Assembly: GCA_964016885.1 (NCBI GenBank) | Contig: OZ024742.1 | Span: forward strand, 32,116,001 to 32,180,000 | DNA length: 64,000 bases | Direction of reading: 5' to 3' | DNA from: Eledone cirrhosa | Lineage: Eukaryota | Part shown: in pieces, positions 53,828 to 64,000 of the stretch | Position numbering within the stretch: position 1 is the first letter of the stretch | How the letters are laid out: each line of letters starts with the position of its first letter | Position numbers and translations under genes: made by a program | The notes under the pieces: model-generated | Told to the model about the DNA's origin: nothing | What the model saw: the letters and a program-made list of their open reading frames with translations, nothing else | Databases searched by the model: none

Positions 53828-54221
53828 TTCCCTGTCACTCTCTCTCCCTCTCTCTCTCTGGATTATATCCATAGTTAAAAGGTCAAGCCCACTTCACACT
53901 GTCTCGCTAATTTAGCCGAAATATTGTTTAAAGACTACACGTGTCTGTGGAATACGCAGCTGCTTACAAGCAATTTTCAGGAATAGGAATCTAGTCAGTC
54001 AAGACCGACGGGTAGCCCATCATAGAAGATATTCTCTTACTGTGCGTGGGTGGCTGTGAGGGTGTTAAACCGTGCCACATATCTAGTTTACCAAGAATGG
54101 CTGCTCAACGTAATGTGACCTCTGTCAAGAGATGGAATACTGCAAGGGCTTTATGCTCGGTCAATTCTGCCATTCCATCAGCCCTGGACTGCTACTTTAT
54201 TTATCGACAGGTAACACACGC

Positions 54222-54742
54222 TCACACTCACAGCCACCAACACTCACACTCACAGCTACCAACACTCACACTCATAGCCACCAACACTTATACTCACAGC
54301 CGCCAACACTCACACTCACAGCCAACAACACTCACACTCATAGCCACCAACACTCATACTCACAGCCACCAACACTCACACTCACAGCCACCAACACTCA
54401 TACTCACAGCCACCAACACTCACACTCACAGCCAACAACACTTACACTCACAGCCACCAACACTCACACTCACAGCCACCAACACTCACACTCACAGCCA
54501 ACAACACTTACACTCACAGCCACCAACACTCACACTCACAGCCACCAACACTCACACTCACAGCCAACAACACTTACACTCACAGCCACCAACACTCACA
54601 CTCATAGCCAACAACACTTACACTCACAGCCACCAACACTCACACTCACAGCCACCAACACTCACACTCACAACCACCAACACTCACACTCACAGCCACC
54701 AACACTCTCACTCACAGCCACCAACACTCACACTCACAGCCA
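54222..54742. repeat. 22-bp minisatellite (cacagccaccaacactcacact)
   Basis: About 23 units. Confidence 0.93.
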
Positions 54743-54857
54743 AGTGTTTTTAACTGTGAAAGTTAAGAGTAATAAATAAATATAAAAATGTGAATCTGTA
54801 AAAAATGACTTCCGTTATAAGAGAATTTATAATAATATTTATAATTCAATGTTGGCA

Positions 54858-55370
54858 TGTGTATATGTGTGTGTGTATATGTGTGTGTGTGTTTGTGTGT
54901 GTGTGTTTATAGAAACGTGTGAAAATATGTGTGCGTGTGTGTGTGTGTGTGTTTATGGAAACGTGTGAAAGCGTGTGTGTGTGTTTATGGAAACGTGAAA
55001 ATATGTGAGCGTGTGTGTGTGTGTGTTTATTGAAACGTGTGTAAGCGCGTGTGTGTGTTTATGGAAACGTGTGAATACATGTGTGTGTGTACCCGTGTGA
55101 TTATTGAAATGTTTCAATGTATATGTATATGTGTGTGCGCGTGTTATTAAAATGTGTGAAAATGTGTGTTTATTAAAACGTATGAAAATATGTGTGTTTG
55201 TGTTTGTTAAAACGTGTGTGTGTGCGTGTGTTTATTAAAACGTGTGAAATTGTGTGTGTGTGTGTTTATTAAAACGTGTGTGTGTGTTTATTAAAACGTG
55301 TGAAAATGTGTGTGTGTGTGTTTATTAAAACGTGTGTGTGTGTGTGTTTATTAAAACGTGTGAAAATATG
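54858..55370. repeat. Degenerate (GT)n/tttattaaaacgtgtg minisatellite
   Basis: Direct inspection. Confidence 0.8.
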
Positions 55371-56759
55371 TATATGAAGAGGTCGTGTCAGGTTTTCTGT
55401 CTATCTTGTATACAATTTTGTGGTTACATTATCAAGATATAGATTTATAACTCTCACCTAGCTATAACTACGATATGACTATCTGGGAAACTAGAATCAG
55501 TGGATCTTTTGGGGGGAGGAGGAAGGGGATTGTTTAGTCTGGAACGCAACGGAAGTGCCCATGACACATTTTAGGGGCCTCTGAGACTTGTGGGAGGGAT
55601 GTAAGGAGGGAGTTATCCTTAAACTAGACAACACAGTCTTAACACTTGTTAAAGGAACCTGAGGGCCACATGTTGGTGTTAAAACGGGTGCTGGATTGAG
55701 TTTAATACACATATAAGGCCGAGATGGGGTTTAAACATTCAGAATGCTAAAAGTCGGAACGAATATTGTCAAGACATTTCGTTCCATGTTCTAACAATTC
55801 CGACAACACTGGATTCATTTTTTAACGATACTCAAATGATGAAAGATCATTTGAAGAATTAATGTTTACAGGATTTGAAATCACAGTACAGAGAGTCGGA
55901 ACAATTATTGCAAATAAAGAATTTTGTCCTACTAATAATTAGCAATGTTAATGTCTGTTGTAAATCTGAGGCACGACTGTGGTATGGCAAGTATGGCAGG
56001 TATCATGGGTGTCACATGGTCTAGGAACACTTTCTATTAAAGTCAGATAAGTTATCATCGGAGAGTGAAAAGAAAAAAAAAATTATAATGTACGTATAAA
56101 CATACATATTTACTGAGGCGTAACTCGGGGATGGTTACCATGGCACATGCCATTGACGCCACTTGAATGGGTGCGGAGGGGAGGGGGGGGGGGGGGGGGC
56201 ACTTGAACTAGGAACACTTTCTATTAAAGTCAGATAAATTATCATCGGAAAGAGAAAAAAAGAAACTTCTTCAGATGTATGATCTGTCTTTGATTATCAT
56301 GAGTTTGTACCTGGTGTATATGTATATGTTAATGGGATAGGATATAATGTGGCAACGGCAAATGAATGCTACAAGGATCAGTCAGTCGAACTCCCACTAT
56401 CATCGCCTCCATCTCTCCGGCCCTCCCCATCTCCTCGTATGGTGAGCGAATGAATGAAGAGCACTATGGTGGCTGAATCATTAAACCAATTTAGTTTGAG
56501 AGCTGATGAGGGTGAAGATGTGTGTATGAAAACTTGTCTTGTACATCGCCTTTTTTTATTTCCTTCTTCCAGTTACTTCTATGCGCCAACACCTCTCCTT
56601 GTCCACCTCCGTAGTTGAAATTTCTTCGTCAACCACATAATACCTCATTGTATCAATATGCCCTCAGCTACATCGCACGAAGGACTGTGAAGTCACAGAT
56701 CCTTTGGCCGTCTAAAAACATCTGACTGATAAAATGACAAGTCAGTCAAACATATTGGT

Positions 56760-57045
56760 GGCCTCCCCACAACCCCGGTGGACAGAATGGAGAAGGAGTT
56801 TCTCCGGAGGACGGCAAGGGGGACGCGCTGGAAAAGCCATTTCAGCTCGCGGGGCTCACACCTGCGCCTGGCCAGCTCAGCGCCTATGGTGGTGAGTAGG
56901 GAGGTAGCCCTAGGGCCGAGGACACCAGAGGTCTCCACTGCCAAGAGCACGACCGGAAATCTGTCGGAGAGCGACCGGTATTTGAAGAGTTTCGCCTCCT
57001 CAGGCCGACCTGCAGCAGAACCTGGGTTAGTTGCAGACTGCACCA
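56760..57045 (-). mobile_element. Fragment of a CRE-like non-LTR retrotransposon (restriction-like endonuclease C-terminus)
   Basis: EEAKLFKY...AVETSGVLG...IGAEL...WLFQRVPLAVLRRNS fits the K..KY / ETxG / QR.S.AvqRGN pattern; GC-rich island. Confidence 0.7.
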
Positions 57046-57516
57046 GGTTGCGGCTGCTCTTTCAGTCATTTCTATATTTCATCTTCCTGTCACCCACCTT
57101 GTAGATTGTCTCTCTGTTGACCACTGGCTGCTGGTCCTCTGAGGCACTCTTTCACATTGCTGTTTTTTTAACAGCCTTTAGCTGTTTTAACGGCTGTTCT
57201 AGCGATGAGTTTTCTCAGTTTTATATGTATTCATTTATATAAGTTCAGAGGTAGAAATAAAGATGTTTGGCAATTTCACTGCTTGCCATAGGCGCTATTT
57301 TTCCTAGTTACACTTCTGCTGTAACTATGATACACCCAGTTTAGAGTTTGTACATAATAGACATATGTGCATGTGTGTCTTCATTTCCGTTCTGTGCTAG
57401 ACTGCACATCTGTCCCTTGTTAATGTGGGGACTGTAGCATATGGTGTACAGGGGCTTTAAATTTAAAAACCAAATATGACATATGTTATTGAGACTATTT
57501 GTAAACGTGATATCTG

Positions 57517-57648
<132 letters not shown>

Positions 57649-57726
57649 TATATAATATATATATATATATAATATATATATATATAATATATATATATAT
57701 ATGATATATATATATATATATATATA

Positions 57727-57840
57727 TAGGATCTTACTTATGTGGGGTCTTACTTGTTCCTATTACCCACTCTACTACCCTAAGTATTGAGTACTTTGGT
57801 GCGTTATGGTCCACCTGGTTCCTTACCACATTTCCTTCGT

Positions 57841-57842
<2 letters not shown>
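57727..57842 (+). mobile_element. Collapsed copy of the 54-bp-arm hairpin family
   Basis: Keeps the tagga left end and the complete 80-bp tail; hairpin core missing. Confidence 0.8.
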
Positions 57843-57873
<31 letters not shown>

Positions 57874-57878
57874 TATAT

Positions 57879-60245
57879 CATCATCATCATCATCATCGTT
57901 TAACGTCCATGTTCCACGCTTGCATGGGTTTGGACGGGAGTTTTCCCACTTAAGGCAAGAGTGGTTGTCTTGCTCGCATAGGACTGTCTGGCGGGTTTTC
58001 TACAGCTGGATGCCCTTCCTAACACCAACCACATTTACAGTGTGGGGCTGGGAGGTTTTTACCGTGTTGCCTACACGGCCACATTACAGCGTGGACTGTG
58101 TGTTTTTTTGTCGTGACACCTACACGATCTCATTTGTTTCGGCCTGGATGTTGTGGCACCAACATAACTTTACATTGAAAGGGGCGGTGTGGATGGGGTG
58201 GGGGAGGTGGGACGGGGTGTATTTTGTTAGAGATGCCTACTGACTGTAGTAGGTTTTACTTTGTATTTAGGTAAGGCGGGTCTTCTCTATTACTGAGTAC
58301 CGCCAAAGATCTCGGTCCAGTGACATTGTCTTGGAGAGATGTAAGTGTGTGAGGTCGGAATTTATCAGGTCGTCCCAGGTTTTTCTGGGTCTGCCTACTC
58401 CGTGGCTACCATCTATCTTTATTGCCCTGCACTTTTTTATACAGCTGTCGTCTTTCATGCGTATCACGTGACCATACCAACGTAGCCTTCTCTCGAGTAA
58501 ACAACATCTGACCCCTTTTGCTGTTCGTATGCAGGCATCATACAGCCTGCTTTTCATTTTTAGGGAGAACCCTTTAGCAGCTAATAGTGGTATAAGCTCT
58601 CTGAACTTTTTCCATCCAGTTCTGACTCTAGCTACTGTACTTTCAGAGCACCCTCCCCCACTGCTGATTTTGTCACCCAGGTAACGGAAGCTGTCCACTA
58701 TTTCTATAGAACCCTCTGCGCAATTGAAAGAGCTAGTATTTTGTTGGCACTTGCTGCTACTTACTGCACCAGAGCACCGGCCACATGTAAAATCTGTGTT
58801 CTTAGTTAGCTTACCTGTGATCCCACTACATCTTTCATGCACCCATATTTTGCATTTGGGACATAAAATGGAGTTCTACCTACGCCTTTCCTACACACTG
58901 AGCATGGCCATTTCCCGGAAGGGACCGGCGCCTTATTTTCTTTCCTACAAACTAGAACTTTAGGCTTAGCCAGGTTAATTTTAAGGCCTTTTGATTCTAG
59001 GCCGTGCTTCCATGTTTGGAATTTCTTCTCTAGCTCGGCCATTGATTCAGCTATGAGCGTTAGATCATCTGCGTATAGGAGTTCCCATGGGCAGCCGGTC
59101 TTGAACTCCACTGTTATAGCCTGAAGGGCAATAATAAATAGTAGGGGGCTAAGAACAGAGCCCTGATGAACACCAACTTTTACGCTAAACTCTTCACTAT
59201 ATTCGTTGTTAATTCTAACCTTGCTGACTGTTTCTTTATACATGGCTTGTATAGCTCTCACAAGCCATTCATCAACACCTAGTTTTCTAAGAGCCCACCA
59301 GATAATGGAACGGGGAACTCTGTCGAAGGCTTTCTCCAAGTCGACAAAAGCTAAGTATAGGGGTTTACTTTTAGCTAGGTACTTCTCCTGTAGTTGTCGT
59401 ACAATGAAAAGAGCGTCTGTGGTACTTTTGCCTGACACAAACCCGAACTGCATTTCATCTAGATCAATTCTCTCTCTGATTAGTTGCGCTATTACTTTTT
59501 CCATGACCTTCATGACCTGGTCGATTAATTTAAGGCCTCTATAGTTACTCCTATCGAGGGCGTCTCCTTTACCCTTGTAGCAGTTAATGATGATGCTGCT
59601 ACGCCAGTCCTTCGGAACAACCCCATTCTGTATGACTTGGTTTACTATCCGGGTGACCATGGTGTGTCCTACCGTTCCAGGGGCTTTCAGCATCTCAGCA
59701 ACTATTTCCGAAGGCCCAGCCGCCTTACCCGTCTTCATATCTTTGATTGCCTTAGTTATTATACTACCTTCGACTAACACTGCTGGTCCCTCTATTGGGT
59801 CGATGTGGGGGAGACTGTCTTTCTCCCATTTATTCTCCCCATTTAGTAGCCTTTCGTAGTGACACTTCCAAGCTACCTTCTTATCAGCGTCAGTGATGGC
59901 AAGTACGCCATCATCATTAAGTACACACTTCTCCCCGACAATATCACGGTTTTCCTTGACACATTGCCTTGCAATCCTGAACACCTCACGTTTTTGGTCC
60001 TCGCGTTGTAGAACATGCTTGAACTTTCTTTCCTCTGCTTCTCTTCTTGCGAAGTACACTTGTCTCCTAGCTTCCCTCCTGGCCACTTGATAGTCTTCTC
60101 TACTTCCCCCATCCCGCCATACTTTCCAAGCCTGCTTTTTGGCCTTAATTGACTCCTCCACCTTACTGTTCCACCACCATGTTACTCTCCTCCTGCCCAC
60201 AGGCCTGCTCCAGCCACAGACTTCATCTGCCGCCATCAGCAGGTT
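57879..60245 (-). mobile_element. RTE-clade LINE, 5'-truncated and disrupted
   Basis: RT motifs QFGF, FVDLEKAFD, GVHQGSVLSP, LYADD; (ATG)n tail; frameshift at ~58875; ~150-bp deletion at ~58515. Confidence 0.92.
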
Positions 60246-61519
<1,274 letters not shown>

Positions 61520-64000
61520 CATCATCATCATCATCATCAACGTTTAACGTCCGTGTTCCACGCTTGCATGGGTTTGGACGGGGGTAGTCCCACTTGAGGC
61601 AAGAGTGATTGTCTTGCTCGCATAGGACTGTCTGGCAGGTTTTCTACAGTTGGATGCCCTTCCTAACACCAACCACATTTACAGTGTGGGTCTGGGAGGT
61701 TTTTACCGTGTTGCCTACACGGCCACATTACAGCGTGGACTGTGTGTTTTTTTGTCGTGACACCTACACGATCTCATTTGTTTCGGCCTCGATGGCGCGG
61801 CACCAACATAACTTTACATAGAACGGGGTGGTGTGGATCGGGTGGGGGTGGTGGGACGGGGTGTATTTGTTAGAGATGCCTACTGGCTGGAGTAGGTTTT
61901 ACTATATATTTAGGTAAGGCGGGTCTTCTCTGTTACTGAGTACCGCCAAAGGTCTCGGTCCAGTGACATTGTCTTGGAGAGGTGTAAGTGTGTGATGTCG
62001 GAGTTTATCAGCTCGTCCCAGGTTTTTCTAGGTCTGCCTATTCCGTGACTACCGTCTATCTTTATTGCCCTGCACTTTGTTATACAGCTATCGACTTTCA
62101 TGCGCATCACGTGTCCATACCAACGTAGCCTTCTCTCGAGTAAACAACATCTGATCCCTCTTATCTCTAATTTATTCCTTAGTTCGTTTATGCTTTGCCG
62201 TTCACGTATATTACTGTTACACATCCAGCGGAGCATGCAAGCTTCGTTCCTCTCTAGTCTGCGTATATCCTCTGCACACAATGCCCAGGTCTCACTGCCA
62301 TGCAGCATTGCTGTTCGTATGCAGGCATCGTACAACCTGCCTTTCATTTTTAGTGAGAACCCTTTAGCAGCTAATAGTGGTATAAGCTCTCTGAACTTTT
62401 TCCAACCAGTTCTGACTCTAGCTACAGTACTTTCAGAGCACCCTCCCCCACTGCTGATTTTATCGCCAGGTAACGGAAGCTGTCCACTATTTCTATAGAA
62501 CCCTCTGCGCAATTGAAAGAGCTAGTAGTTTGTGGGCACTTGCTGCTACTTATTGCACCAGAGCACCGGCCACATGTAAAATCTATGTTCTTAGTTAGCC
62601 TACCTGTGATCCCACTACATCTTTTATGCACCCATACTTTGCATTTAGGACATAAAATGGAGTTTCTACCTACGCCTTTCCTACACACCGAGCACGACCA
62701 TTTCCCAGAAGGGACCGCCGCCTTGTTTTCTTTCCTACAAACTAGTACTTTGGTCTTAGCCAGGTTAATTTTAAGTCCTTTTGACTCTAGGCCGTGCTTC
62801 CATGTTTGGAATTTCTTCTCTAGCTCGGCCATTGATTCCGCTATGAGTGTCAGGTCGTCTGCGTATAGGAGTTCCCATGGGCAGCCTGTCTTGAACTCCT
62901 CTGTTATGGCCTGAAGGGCAATAATAAATAGTAGTGGACTGAGAACAGAGCCCTGATGGACGCCGACTTTTACGCTAAACTCTTCACTATATTCGTTGTT
63001 AATTCTAACCTTGCTGACTGTTTCTTTATACATGGCTTGTATAGCCCTCACAAGCCATTCGTCAACGCCTAGTTTTCTAAGAGCCCACCAGATAATGGAG
63101 CGGGGGACTCTGTCGAAGGCTTTCTCCAAGTCGACAAAAGCTAAGTAGAGGGGTTTACCTTTAGCTAGGTACTTCTCTTGTAGTTGTCGTACTATGAAAA
63201 GAGCGTCTGTGGTACTTTTGCCTGACACAAACCCGAACTGCATTTCATCTAGGTCAATTCTCTCTCTGATTAGTTGCGCTATTACTCTTTCCGTGACCTT
63301 CATGACCTGGTCGATTAATTTAATGCCTCTATAGTTACTCCTATCTAGGGCGTCTCCTTTACCCTTATAACAGTTAACGATGATGCTGCTATGCCAGTCC
63401 TTCGGAACAACCCCGTTTTGTACGACTTGGTTAACTATGCGGGTGACCATGGTGTGTCCCACCGTGCCAGATGCCTTCAGCATCTCAGCAACTATTTCCG
63501 AAGGCCCAGCCGCCTTACCAGTCTTCATATCCTTGATTGCCTTACTTATTATACTCCCCTCGACTAACACTGCTGGTCCCTCTATTGGGTCGATATGGGG
63601 GAGACTGCCTTTCTCCCAATTATTCTCCTCATTTAGAAGCCTTTCATAGTGACACTTCCAAGCTACCTTCTTATCAGCGTCGGTGATGGCAAGTGTGCCA
63701 TCGTCGTTTAGTACACACTTCTCCCCGACAATATCACGGTTTTCCTTGACGCATTGCCTAGCAATCCTGAACACCTCACGTTTTTGGTCATCGCGTTGTA
63801 GAACATGCTTGAACTTTCTTTCCTCAGCTTCCCTTCTTGCTAAGTACACTTGTCTCCTAGCTTCCCTCCTGGCCACTTGATAGTCCTCTCTACTTCCCCC
63901 ATCCCGCCATACTTTCCAAGCCTGCTTTTTGGCCTTAATTGACCCCTCCACCTTACTGTTCCACCACCATGTTACTCTCCTCCTGCCTACAGGCCTGCTC
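61520..64000 (-). mobile_element. RTE-clade LINE of the same family, continues beyond the window
   Basis: ORFs 62422-63951 and 61910-62512 split by a frameshift at ~62468; RT + PHD finger; (ATG)n tail. Confidence 0.93.

Noticed and set aside
56497-56540. CTGATGA...GAAA motif (similar one at ~19546)
   Set aside because: Stem II does not pair; at best a decayed relic.

Overview
Eukaryotic (metazoan, probably cephalopod/octopus-like from the SINE and LINE repertoire; inference) repeat-dense window with no supportable host gene. It holds four satellite arrays (14-bp 1-15 kb, GTT/GGT 26-35.7 kb, 28/32-bp, 48-bp) and many microsatellites. Mobile elements include tRNA-derived SINEs, DNA-transposon remnants, a non-autonomous Helitron, a CRE-type endonuclease fragment and two RTE-clade LINEs carrying a PHD finger. 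A near-intact Penelope-like element (PLE; RT + GIY-YIG) lies in partial-tandem arrangement at 47.5-53.2 kb. The most interesting signal is a set of small elements inserted in (TA)n tracts. They include PLE pLTR pieces from several families with minimal hammerhead ribozymes (some with U3-A8 or U4C core variants), fold-back insertions whose two outward-facing ends map to two fixed positions of one template, a 54-bp-arm hairpin family, and a 609-bp 2.3-mer that looks copied from a circular or multimeric template. Most long ORFs in the track are repeat artefacts.
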